Assembly (NCBI GenBank): GCA_963675595.2
Contig: CAXXLZ010000002.1
Span: 416,001 to 480,000, forward strand
Direction of reading: 5' to 3'
Length of the DNA stretch: 64,000 bases
From: Thermodesulfobacteriota bacterium
GTDB taxonomy: Bacteria > Desulfobacterota > Desulfarculia > JACQYL01
Shown: positions 28,853 through 37,925 of the stretch, piece after piece
Numbering within the stretch: position 1 is the stretch's first letter
Layout of the letters: every line of letters starts with the position of its first letter
Program-made: the position numbers and the translations under genes
Notes under the pieces: model-generated
Database searches by the model: none
What the model saw: only the letters and a program-made list of their open reading frames with translations
Told to the model about the DNA's origin: nothing

Positions 28853-28928
28853 TGGCAGTCCCAACGGGACTCGAACCCGTGTCTTCGCCGTGAGAGGGCG
28901 ATATCCTAGACCGCTAGACGATGGGACC
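28853..28928 (-). tRNA. tRNA-Glu (anticodon CTC)
   Basis: Reverse complement ggtcccatcgtctagcggtctaggatatcgccctctcacggcgaagacacgggttcgagtcccgttgggactgcca: 76 nt, anticodon stem tcgcc/ggcga, T-loop GTTCGAG, encoded CCA. Confidence 0.97.
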
Positions 28929-28967
28929 GCGGCGCTTTGCGTAACGCTTTGATGAGCGGAAGGTGCT

Positions 28968-28996
28968 TTAATACTCGAAATGCCCTTCCGTGTCAA
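28968..28996 (-). promoter_or_regulatory. Sigma70-type promoter for tRNA-Glu
   Basis: Minus strand TTGACA-17 nt-TATTAA. Confidence 0.65.
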
Positions 28997-29387
28997 GAAA
29001 TTCGAAGCGGACTCAGGCCATGAACCGGCCAATCCAATCCGACGCGTGCCGCCGCCGGGTCGCTCGGCCTTTTTATGCTCGCCCGAATACGGTTAGGGGC
29101 CCGGCACCAAAGATACGGACAAAAAGTAATCCCCCTTGCTTTCACGCGGTTCTGATCCTGGGGGCGGACACTAGGGACCTCCCCAACAAACACCCATCTT
29201 GAAAGAAGCCATCATCACCAAGGCCTGGATTGTCTCACAAATTCGGATTCAAATCCCCCAACGGACCTCCACTGAAACTGAAAATGAGCCGGCCGCCCAA
29301 GGTCACCCGGATGCGACCTTTCCCCAGTGCTCAGCACCCTAGCGGCAGCGGCACTCATGTGAAATATCAGGAGGTTAGGCAATGCGC

Positions 29388-29423
29388 TTGACTTTTTTGG
29401 GCATTTTGATATTTTGTTCACAA
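29388..29423 (+). promoter_or_regulatory. Promoter for cytochrome c3 with a possible Rex operator over the -10
   Basis: TTGACT-16 nt-TATTTT with extended TG. TTGATAT-N4-TTCACAA (29406-29423) partly matches the Rex consensus TTGTGAA-N4-TTCACAA. Confidence 0.45.
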
Positions 29424-29501
29424 ATATACTTCCGCAGATCCTCCGGAGGGGAGCACCTCCGGTCGCATCGATCCTCTCATGGAAAGGAGGTGAAACGGAG
29501 C

Positions 29502-29918
29502 ATGAAACTGTTCAAATCCATGTCTTTGCTGATCGCGCTGTGTTTCTTATCAGTGGTCTGTATCGCCTATGCCGATTCGGATATCCCTGAGGACATCAAG
29601 ATCGACTACAAGACCAAGTTCGAGAAGTCCATCAAGCCTGCGGTGGAATTCACGCACAAGAAGCACATTGAGGAACACAAGGTCGCTTGCGCGGACTGCC
29701 ACCATGTGTACACAGATGGAAAGAACGTGTGGAAGCAGGGCGACCCCGTGCAGAAGTGTGAGGAATGCCATCCCACGGACCGCAAGGAAGCCAAGGAAAA
29801 GAATGTCTACGACCTGCGCAATGCTTTTCACAAGAACTGCCAGGGATGCCATAAGGACTTGGTAAAGCAGGGAAAGAAGGCCCCGGTTAAGTGTAACGAG
29901 TGCCACAAGGAATCCTGA
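29502..29918 (+). CDS. Periplasmic tetraheme cytochrome c3 (class III)
   Basis: AAGGAGGTG RBS, signal peptide, FTHKKH, four heme motifs CADCHH, CEECH, CQGCH, CNECH, and AFH. Confidence 0.93.
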   Translation: MKLFKSMSLLIALCFLSVVCIAYADSDIPEDIKIDYKTKFEKSIKPAVEFTHKKHIEEHKVACADCHHVYTDGKNVWKQGDPVQKCEECHPTDRKEAKEKNVYDLRNAFHKNCQGCHKDLVKQGKKAPVKCNECHKES

Positions 29919-30180
29919 TCCCTCGGGACCTCGCTTTACAAAGTGACTCAACGCGGGAGGCGGTGCCACACCAAGCCCATCTTCCGCGTTTTTCCTTACG
30001 CTCGGCGCCCCTGAATCGGCAAGAGCAGAGCCGACGCCGGCCCCTCGAAACTTCCCGCCCGTTTCATCCCATGGAAGTCCACCACATATCTCGGCAGAGA
30101 TCCGGATGCTTCCATGATCTGTTCCCGCCGCACATGCAATTAATTCGATAGGTCTTTTTGCCTGACCGGCCGACAAACAA

Positions 30181-30217
30181 GAACAGCCCGCAAAGGCGGC
30201 GCCTTTGCGGGCTGTTC
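30181..30217. terminator. Long hairpin between the convergent cytochrome c3 and ferredoxin genes
   Basis: gaacagcccgcaaaggcg-g-cgcctttgcgggctgttc, a perfect 18-bp inverted repeat. Confidence 0.7.
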
Positions 30218-30241
30218 CAAATCCTGCGGCTTAACGCCGGA

Positions 30242-30430
30242 TTACTGCTCGGTCACCGTGATGGCGTCCTGTTCGCAGACTTCCACGCAGCTTTCACAGC
30301 CCAGGCATTCTTCCATGTTCACCGGAACCGCCTTGCCGTCTTGCATCTCGTATACGTCAACGGGACAGACTTCCACACATTCCTCGTCGCCGATGCATTT
30401 GTCCGTGTCTACCTCGACCATGTAACCCAT
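30242..30430 (-). CDS. Dicluster ferredoxin (7Fe type, CxxDxxC first site)
   Basis: 62 aa with CIGDEECVEVCP and CLGCESCVEVC; GGAGGT RBS before ATG 30430. Confidence 0.93.
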   Translation of the reverse strand: MGYMVEVDTDKCIGDEECVEVCPVDVYEMQDGKAVPVNMEECLGCESCVEVCEQDAITVTEQ

Positions 30431-30701
30431 GACCTTACCTCCTTGTCGATTAATCGTTGCTTCCACATATAAAGAACCCAATCCGTTCTTCCGGTTCCAA
30501 CGCGCCGTCGCGGCAAATCTCATAACACAGGCAACGGCTTGTGCCAAGAAGTTACTATGCGGAAATGGACAATTTTTTCGTCCCGCGCGCAGGCAACTAA
30601 AAGGCGCACGGGAAGGGATCCGTGCGAACCCTACCCGTGAAGTCCAGAGGGGAAAGGCCCGTACTCGTTAGGCGTTCCCCCTCAGGCAACTGACAATGTT
30701 A

Positions 30702-31865
30702 CTATTTCAGTTCAACATCTTCCTTGACCGATACGGCGATTCTGAACAGTACCGTAAGGATCAGGAAGCCGGCGGCCCAAACACCTAATGCGAGGAAGAC
30801 TTCCGGAACGGTGGGGATATATTCGTTGATCTCATGCAGCGGATTCGGCGTGAAACCACCGGCGATCATGCCCATTCCCTTGTCGATCCAGGTAGCCACA
30901 AAGACCAGGGCGCAACCGAGCGCCAAAAATTTTTCGTTCTGACGCACCGGTCTACGAATCAATACCGCCACAGAGCACAAACCCAGGATCATGGAAGCCC
31001 ACATCCAGGGCACGTAGGCGCCATGGCCGTGGAGCCCGAAGAAGAGGTACTCGAAATGGCTGAGATGATCCGGAATCTGGCTGTATCCCACGGTGAACAC
31101 TTCCAACGCGAAGAAGAACAGGTTCAGGATGATGGCGTAGGTCACGATCTCGCCCAGGCTCTGGATGGCTTGCTTGCCCGCGTCGAATTTGCTCACTTTG
31201 CGGATCAGCAACGCCAGCAGGATCAGCAGCGCGGGACCGGCGGCAAAGGCGGAGGCCAGGAAGCGTGCGGCCAAAATAGCCGTCAGCCAGTACCCTCTCC
31301 CCGGCAGACCCGCATACAAGAAGGCCGTGACCGTGTGAATGCTGACCGCCCAGGGAATGGAGATGTAAATGAACGGTTTGATCCACTTGGGAGGAGGCAC
31401 TTGTTTCCGCTCCGCCGTGAGCACCACCCAACCGATGAGGATGTTGAGCATGAGATAACCGCTCAACACGGTGGCATCCCAGAACAAGATGGATCCCGGC
31501 GTGGCGTGTAGAAACACGTTGAGGCCTCGATCCGGTCGCCCCAAATCGGCCACGATGTTCATCAGGCACATGCTGACCGCCGCCACCGCCAGGAATTCAC
31601 CCAGGATGGTGATTCGGCCGAAGGCCTTGTAATGGTGCAGGTAGTAGGGCAATACCAGCATGACGCCCGATGCCGCCACACCGACGAGAAAGGTGAACTG
31701 AGAAATATAGAAGCCCCACGACACGTCCCGGCTCATGCCCGTGATGGTCAAGCCGGTGGTGAACTGCCAGATCCACAGGCCGAACGCCAAGCCGCAAAGG
31801 CCCAGCAGGCCTATGACCAGGGCCCAGTACCGTCTGTTCGAAACGAAGATCGCCTTTTCTAACAT
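30702..31865 (-). CDS. dsrP: DsrP, NrfD/PsrC-family membrane subunit
   Basis: GMSRDVSWGFYISQFTFLVGVAAS, DLGRPDR, SIPWAVSIHTVTAFL, WIDKG; last gene of MKJOP. Confidence 0.95.
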   Translation of the reverse strand: MLEKAIFVSNRRYWALVIGLLGLCGLAFGLWIWQFTTGLTITGMSRDVSWGFYISQFTFLVGVAASGVMLVLPYYLHHYKAFGRITILGEFLAVAAVSMCLMNIVADLGRPDRGLNVFLHATPGSILFWDATVLSGYLMLNILIGWVVLTAERKQVPPPKWIKPFIYISIPWAVSIHTVTAFLYAGLPGRGYWLTAILAARFLASAFAAGPALLILLALLIRKVSKFDAGKQAIQSLGEIVTYAIILNLFFFALEVFTVGYSQIPDHLSHFEYLFFGLHGHGAYVPWMWASMILGLCSVAVLIRRPVRQNEKFLALGCALVFVATWIDKGMGMIAGGFTPNPLHEINEYIPTVPEVFLALGVWAAGFLILTVLFRIAVSVKEDVELK

Positions 31866-31872
31866 ATCGACC

Positions 31873-32649
31873 TCATATCACATAGAATACCGACGGTTGG
31901 GTCCCCAAGTAGACCTTCCGACGGATCGTGTAGTTTTCTCGGATCACCTGGCGGACTTCCGAGTCGGGGTCCGCAAGATCTCCGAAGATGAGGGCCTTTG
32001 CCTTGCAGGCATCAACGCACGCGGGGAGCAGACCCTCCGCGAGCCGTTCCGCACAGAAATTACACTTCTCCACCACGCCCCGCATACGAGTGGGAAACTC
32101 GGTCCGAATCTCCGGAATGAAGGGACGGGGGTCCTTGAAGTTGAAACTTCTTGAACCGAAAGGACAGGCCGCCATGCAGTACCGGCACCCGATGCACCGA
32201 TGGAAATCCATCATCACGATGCCGTCTTTGGCCACGAAGGTCGCCTTGGTGGGACAGACTCTCACGCAGGGAGGATTATCGCAGTGGTTGCACAGCACCA
32301 CGAAAGGCAAATCCTCAAGGTGCGTGTATTTTGCGTCCAGACCCGGAAAAGCGTGCTCGTAAGTCGTTCTCCAGATCCACTTGATCTCTTCCTTGGGTCC
32401 CTCAATGTTGGTGGGAACATTGTGAGCCACATGACACGCGGCGATGCAGTCCTTGCACTGATCCTTCTCCACCTTTTCCGCGCACTTCTTCACGTCTACG
32501 GCCATGCCCCATCGTTTGCCCACAAGAGCCTCGGGTCTTCTCGAGTAGGCAGATTCGTCCTGGGCGAACGCGTCCTTCACCGGCTTCGAGAATAGCCCAA
32601 GGGAGCAGAGACCGGCTGCTTTCAAAAAATCTCTACGAGTGTTCTTCAT
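31873..32649 (-). CDS. dsrO: DsrO, periplasmic iron-sulfur subunit
   Basis: Tat signal TRRDFLK, CNHCDNPPCVRVCP, CIGCRYCMAACP, EKCNFC. Confidence 0.95.
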   Translation of the reverse strand: MKNTRRDFLKAAGLCSLGLFSKPVKDAFAQDESAYSRRPEALVGKRWGMAVDVKKCAEKVEKDQCKDCIAACHVAHNVPTNIEGPKEEIKWIWRTTYEHAFPGLDAKYTHLEDLPFVVLCNHCDNPPCVRVCPTKATFVAKDGIVMMDFHRCIGCRYCMAACPFGSRSFNFKDPRPFIPEIRTEFPTRMRGVVEKCNFCAERLAEGLLPACVDACKAKALIFGDLADPDSEVRQVIRENYTIRRKVYLGTQPSVFYVI

Positions 32650-33034
32650 TCTCTTTCCCCTTTGGCACATTATGGCAGTCCCAGCAATAGGGCCTTACCG
32701 ACGCCCAGTTATGGCATCGATCACAGAAAGTGTCCTTATTGGAATGACAGTCCAGGCACGTATTGGTGAGACTCATTACGTACTCTTTGCCGTTGCTTGC
32801 CGTGTAGATTCGATCTTTCTCACGAACCACCTTGTTACGCCATTCGTCCACCACCTTCATGTGGCTGGCTTTCATGAATTCCGTGCTCTCTATGCACTCC
32901 TTGGCCGCCTTCGCCTTCGCCGTCAACACCAGCTCCGGTTGAGGAGAGGGAGTGCCGATGCTTGACCATATCGGATAGCCGATGAGCCCCACAAAAATCA
33001 CCAGCCCGATGATGATTTTGCCTGTGTTATACAT
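32633..33034 (-). CDS. dsrJ: DsrJ, triheme cytochrome c
   Basis: N-terminal TM, C...MKASHM...WR..VVR, CLDCH, CDRCH, CWDCH. Confidence 0.95.
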   Translation of the reverse strand: MYNTGKIIIGLVIFVGLIGYPIWSSIGTPSPQPELVLTAKAKAAKECIESTEFMKASHMKVVDEWRNKVVREKDRIYTASNGKEYVMSLTNTCLDCHSNKDTFCDRCHNWASVRPYCWDCHNVPKGKENEEHS

Positions 33035-34652
33035 CTTCCTCCTCCCCTTCGTCCTCTACGCCGGGCAAGTCTTCGCCCCGCAGGTCGGTGGTCCGCTTCT
33101 TTTCACCTTCGAAGACCAGGGCATTGGCGACCAGTTCGTGAAGGCCGCAAACGTCCACTTCGGGAACCCAGTACTGCATGGAGGCGGTGAGCACCGCACG
33201 GTCGATGGCGCAGATACAGGCCAACATGTTTACGTCGTGCTTGTCGGCCACATACTTGACGGCGTTGGCTCTCGGCAATCCGCCCCGCATACGGATTTCC
33301 ATGTTTTCACCGGCATTGAGGCCGGATCCGCTTCCGCAGCAGAAAGTCTGTTCCCGGATGGTATTCTCCGGCATCTCGTAGAAGTTGTTCACCACGTTCT
33401 TGAGCACGTAGCGCGGCTCCTCCAGGAAGCCCATCCCGCGGGCGGTGTTACAGGAGTCGTGCCAGGTCACCGTCAGATGATCGTTCCTCGACTTATCCAG
33501 GTTAAGCTTATTGTTCTTGATCAGGTCCGCGGTGAATTCCGCGATGTGGACCATCTTGGTGGATTTGGCGCTGTCGAACCGGGTACCCGTGATGGGAGAC
33601 ACCGGAACCTCAAGGAAGTCCGCGGGACCGTTCATGGTATCCATGTACTGGTTGATGACCCGCCACATGTGACCGCACTCGCCCCCGAGAATCCATTTGA
33701 CGCCCAAGCGTTTGGCTTCCATGTACATCTTGGCGTTCAAGCGCTTCATCATCTCGTGGGATGTGAACAGGCCGAAGTTGCCGCCCTCGGAGGCGTAGGT
33801 GCTCCATGTGTAATCCAGGCCCAGGTAGTGGAACAGCATGATGTAGCCCATGCAGGTGTAGGTGCCCGGATCGGCAAAGACGTCGCCCGACGGCGTGATG
33901 AACAGAATCTCGGCGCCTTTCCTGTTGAAGGTGGGCTCCATCCGGATTCCGGTGACGCCTTCGATCTCATCCACGAAGAAATCGATCATGTCTTTGAAGG
34001 CGTGAGGCTGAATTCCAAGATGGTTGCCCGTACGATAGCAGTTGGCAACAGGAGCGGAAATCCAGTCCGTGTTCAATCCCAGCAGGTTGATCAGTTCCCG
34101 TCCGATGATCGTAACTTCCGCGGTATCGATACCGTAGGGGCAGAACACGGAACAGCGACGACACTCGGTGCACTGGAACAGGTAATACCACCACTCTTTG
34201 ATCACCTGCTCGGTGAGTTTGCGCCCGCCGGCCAGCTTGCCCAGAACCCGTCCGGCCTTGGTGAACTCCCCGCGGTAAATCGAGCGAATCAATTCCGCTC
34301 TTAACACCGGCATGTTCTTGGGATCCCCGGAACCGATGAAGAAGTGGCATTTGTCCGCACAGGCGCCGCATCGAACGCAGATGTCCATGAATATATGGAA
34401 AGATCGATACTTCGTAAGTCTTTGTTTGAAGCCCTCCCGAACGATTTCCATCCAGTTGTCCGGAAGTTTCCAGTCGTCGTCAGAGGGAGCCCATTCCCTG
34501 GGGTTGGGAAGACCGACAACCTCGAGGTTCTTCGGTTTGCCGGCGTGGCAAAATACGCCTTCCCGGATGTCCACCGGGACATCCATCCACCCCGTGAACG
34601 GGGGGTGGTGATCTATCTTGGCCATCTCCGGAGGTTTGGGTGTGCTTGCCAT
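33027..34652 (-). CDS. dsrK: DsrK, HdrD-like Fe-S subunit
   Basis: CVRCGACADKC, CTECRRCSVFCP, GECGH, HDSC, CCGSG, CAID (CCG domain). Confidence 0.96.
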   Translation of the reverse strand: MASTPKPPEMAKIDHHPPFTGWMDVPVDIREGVFCHAGKPKNLEVVGLPNPREWAPSDDDWKLPDNWMEIVREGFKQRLTKYRSFHIFMDICVRCGACADKCHFFIGSGDPKNMPVLRAELIRSIYRGEFTKAGRVLGKLAGGRKLTEQVIKEWWYYLFQCTECRRCSVFCPYGIDTAEVTIIGRELINLLGLNTDWISAPVANCYRTGNHLGIQPHAFKDMIDFFVDEIEGVTGIRMEPTFNRKGAEILFITPSGDVFADPGTYTCMGYIMLFHYLGLDYTWSTYASEGGNFGLFTSHEMMKRLNAKMYMEAKRLGVKWILGGECGHMWRVINQYMDTMNGPADFLEVPVSPITGTRFDSAKSTKMVHIAEFTADLIKNNKLNLDKSRNDHLTVTWHDSCNTARGMGFLEEPRYVLKNVVNNFYEMPENTIREQTFCCGSGSGLNAGENMEIRMRGGLPRANAVKYVADKHDVNMLACICAIDRAVLTASMQYWVPEVDVCGLHELVANALVFEGEKKRTTDLRGEDLPGVEDEGEEEDV

Positions 34653-35668
34653 TACGACTCCTTTTCTACTGGTAGACCAGCTTCTATCATTCTTTCCCTG
34701 AACTCGTCTTCATAGTGATCGTAGGTATGGACTTTTACCGGATAGTTCCAGGGGTTGATGTGTCTTCGGATCCGGCTGTCGTTGGCCAGGTTCCGAGTGG
34801 GGCTGAGGAACACACCGCCCATGTGCATCAGCTTGCTCACTGGAAAATACGCCAGCAGGACGCTCACCAAGAACAAATGGATGAAAAAGATGGATCCGAT
34901 GTTCGTGGGCGCTTTGGGGCTCAAACTGAACAGGCTCACAATGAATTCCTTGACTCCCACGACGTCTTCCCTGAGGAAGTAGCGCATCAGAATACCCGTG
35001 AGCACGATCCCCATGATGAGGAGCAAGGGAAAGTAGTCCGCGGGAAGGGAAATATAGCGGATCTGCGGGATAATGAGTCTTCGGACGAAAAGCCAACCCA
35101 GTCCCGCCAGGATCAAGAGGCCGCTCATATAAAGCTCGGGCATACCGACCTCAAGCCACCCGTCCACCGTTTCGATCCAAGGAATGAAGAACGGCACCGG
35201 ATCCAGAAACAAACGGAAATGACGGATAAAGATTACCAGAAAGCAGTAATGGAAGATAAGAGCGGCGACCCACAAAAATTTCTCTGAGCCGTAACGAATG
35301 ATGGGGCCTTTGGGGGTGATACGGTAGTCGATTTCGGTATTTCGGAAAAGGGATCGGAACGTGCAGACCTCGAAAAACATGCGGACGACGACGCCCAGCG
35401 TTGTTGTGGGATTCTCCACCCAGTTGTGCTTGATCCACGGAAGGGACTTCTGCTGCCCACAGGTGGTCGGAATCTTAAAAGGCACGGCGGATCGTCCCCA
35501 TTTAACCACCTTAATAATGAAACCTGCGAAGAATGTCAGGATGGCCGCGTAAGGGATGACCACCCCGAATAACACCCGCAGGTCCAGTACGCCGACCCCG
35601 ATCCAGGGGATCAGGACGAGCGCAGCCACCGCTGCTACGGAAATGAGCAATGCCGCTATGAAATTCAT
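34652..35668 (-). CDS. dsrM: DsrM, NarI-like cytochrome b subunit
   Basis: PFKIPTTCGQQKSL, FRSLFRN, FHY...RH, HLFLV...FP.SKLMH, SPTRN. Confidence 0.96.
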   Translation of the reverse strand: MNFIAALLISVAAVAALVLIPWIGVGVLDLRVLFGVVIPYAAILTFFAGFIIKVVKWGRSAVPFKIPTTCGQQKSLPWIKHNWVENPTTTLGVVVRMFFEVCTFRSLFRNTEIDYRITPKGPIIRYGSEKFLWVAALIFHYCFLVIFIRHFRLFLDPVPFFIPWIETVDGWLEVGMPELYMSGLLILAGLGWLFVRRLIIPQIRYISLPADYFPLLLIMGIVLTGILMRYFLREDVVGVKEFIVSLFSLSPKAPTNIGSIFFIHLFLVSVLLAYFPVSKLMHMGGVFLSPTRNLANDSRIRRHINPWNYPVKVHTYDHYEDEFRERMIEAGLPVEKES

Positions 35669-35718
35669 GCTTCTACACCTCGCTTATCTTGGCTTGTTGC
35701 CTCAAAGACTCCATACTC

Positions 35719-36243
35719 CTATCTCTCTTCCTCGGAAACGATGAGGTTTGCCCGCTGGAGCAGCCTATAGGTTTGGTTCTTGAATTCCATCACCCTCAGC
35801 TCATAGAGTTTCTCCCTGCAACCCATATAAACTTCGAAAGCCTGCAGCGCCACCCGGTCGATCTTCGCCTCCAAATCCAGAAGCTCGTGCAGAGACACCC
35901 GCCCCGCCTTGATCTCCGGCTTGAGGGACTTTCTGATCTCATCCTTCAAAAGAAAAACGAAGGACACGGCCGTTGAGGCACTGAAATCCTGAACCGCTCG
36001 GATCCGGATGATTTTGTCCAGACCGGCACCCATTTTCTCCGGATCCGCCTCTCCCACAATCTGATCGTACAAGGGTCCCGTCTCTTCTTTCAGAATCACC
36101 CCGACAGGATTGGAGAAACGGTCTTTGCCGCTTTTCAGGATTCCGGCGGTTTGTTTTGGATACGTATCCAGAATGCCGTTCATCCAAGCGCCGACAATAA
36201 CGGAACGCCGTTTTTCTTCGCAGAGCAAATCAGTCAAACCCAT
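35719..36243 (-). CDS. dsrT: DsrT (RsbRD N-terminal-like)
   Basis: W...ILDTYP, DRFSNPVG, IIRIRAVQDF, AFEVY..CREKLYE.R; directly upstream of dsrM. Confidence 0.92.
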   Translation of the reverse strand: MGLTDLLCEEKRRSVIVGAWMNGILDTYPKQTAGILKSGKDRFSNPVGVILKEETGPLYDQIVGEADPEKMGAGLDKIIRIRAVQDFSASTAVSFVFLLKDEIRKSLKPEIKAGRVSLHELLDLEAKIDRVALQAFEVYMGCREKLYELRVMEFKNQTYRLLQRANLIVSEEER

Positions 36244-36934
36244 TTACAGCAGCTTTCCGCGGAATCCCGGGCACCCGACCCGCTTGATACTTTTCGCACA
36301 AGACACGCCGCTTGTTATTCAAGTGAGGCTACAAGAACTAACCCTTTGAATTTATGTGGAAAAATACCTGGGTGGTGCGGGTCCCGCAATTGGAGGTTTC
36401 TTGTAGAACAACTTGACTTTCCTTGTCAAGAGCAAAACAGGCGGTAAGAAAACACGCTTCCCTCCAGCCTGTCCGGCATAATGTAAGGCGTATGTTACGC
36501 TTTTCCCAAAACGTCCCCGTGACGAGGGCAGGGTACCTCAAAGATCCGGCCCGACTCAAGCCGGCATCGCGTCTCGAATCTCCGGTATCATTTAGTCGAA
36601 CTCCGATCAAACACTTACTGTGACTTTTTCGCAGGGGTTCGCACACCTCCTCACCTTGTCATAGGAACGACCCGAAAACGCACCGCACCGCAAATCCACG
36701 CGTATGTTTCTCGCCTCTTTTTGCATTGTCGGCCGCCGTCGATCCTGGTATGAATAAATCCCACAAGGTCCGCCCGATAGACCTTCAGGGGCCGGACCCA
36801 CGGAAACCACCGAGTGGACCCGTCACCGCGCCCCCTGTCCCTCCGAAGGACGCCGAAGATCGTCGTCTCCCCTTCGTGTCGGTTGACCCGCCTCGCTGCC
36901 TGTTTCCATATCATCATTGTTTAAGGAGTACCGT

Positions 36935-37603
36935 ATGACGCAAGACGGCAACCTGTTTTTGGGCAAGTACGAAACCGAGACCACTCCGATTCGTTTAGGA
37001 GACAAGCATCTCCAGTTCCTGGAAATCGCCAATATGGAGGTGGTGTTGGAGGACATCCTCCAGCCCGGCGAGCGTCCGGAGGGGGAGCGGCCTTTCTGGG
37101 CCAAAATATGGGAGAGCTCGCTACTGCTGGCCCATGTGCTCTGCCGTCGTCCTGAAGACCCGGAGGCCCGTTATCTGGAGCTGGGGTGCGGCATGGGCGT
37201 GGCCGGTCTTTTCGCCGCCGCCCACGGCCATCGCGTGCTGCTGTCGGACATCAACGAAGATGCTCTGGCCTTTGCCCGGGCCAACGCCGCCCTCAACGGC
37301 TTCGATCCGTCCATCGTGATCCGCTTGGATTGGCGGGACCCCGATTTCCAGGGACGCTTCGATGTCATTTTCGGATCCGATATTCTTTACAGCGAAGGCT
37401 CCTACGCATTTTTGATCTCCTTCCTAAAGTCCCATCTCAAGCCCCGAGGAGAAGTACTTCTGAGTGTCAGCGCCTTCATCTCGGCCGCTTCGTTTTTTTC
37501 CGAAGCGGAACCTCACTTCCGAATTTCACAAAAGAAGCTGTCTCTTCGCTCGGAAAAAGAATCTCACGCGGTATTTCTTTACCGCCTCGTGCTCCGCGAA
37601 TAA
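36935..37603 (+). CDS. Class I SAM-dependent methyltransferase (METTL21/family-16-like)
   Basis: PFWAKIWESSLLLA, LELGCGMG, LSD, LDW, GSDILY. AAGGAG RBS before ATG 36935. Confidence 0.85.
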   Translation: MTQDGNLFLGKYETETTPIRLGDKHLQFLEIANMEVVLEDILQPGERPEGERPFWAKIWESSLLLAHVLCRRPEDPEARYLELGCGMGVAGLFAAAHGHRVLLSDINEDALAFARANAALNGFDPSIVIRLDWRDPDFQGRFDVIFGSDILYSEGSYAFLISFLKSHLKPRGEVLLSVSAFISAASFFSEAEPHFRISQKKLSLRSEKESHAVFLYRLVLRE

Positions 37604-37925
37604 GCAGCGCGTCTTCCTGGATTTTTTGTTGACAAGCGGGGGCGATTATGTTTAAAGGGGTTGATCTAACTATTTGAAAAATTGGCAAATTATAATCTTC
37701 ACAAATACTTACCTCAAATTCGGTTCCTCTGGAGGAAGCCGAGGTAGGGAGGTACATTAATTTGGACCCCAAGCGTCCGATCCAGTTCGCATGAGCCGAT
37801 TTACCCAAGGGAGGAGGTGAACGGGAAGCATCCATCAAGCCTGGAAGGTTCCTTAATTATATATTTCCCAAAATATCCAACAGGTCCAAGGGTCAATGAA
37901 TACACGAAACAAGGAGGCTTAGCAG

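Noticed and set aside
30531-30546. Sigma54-like TGGCAC...TTGC upstream of the ferredoxin (minus strand)
   Set aside because: The GG-to-GC spacing is 11 nt instead of the strictly required 10.
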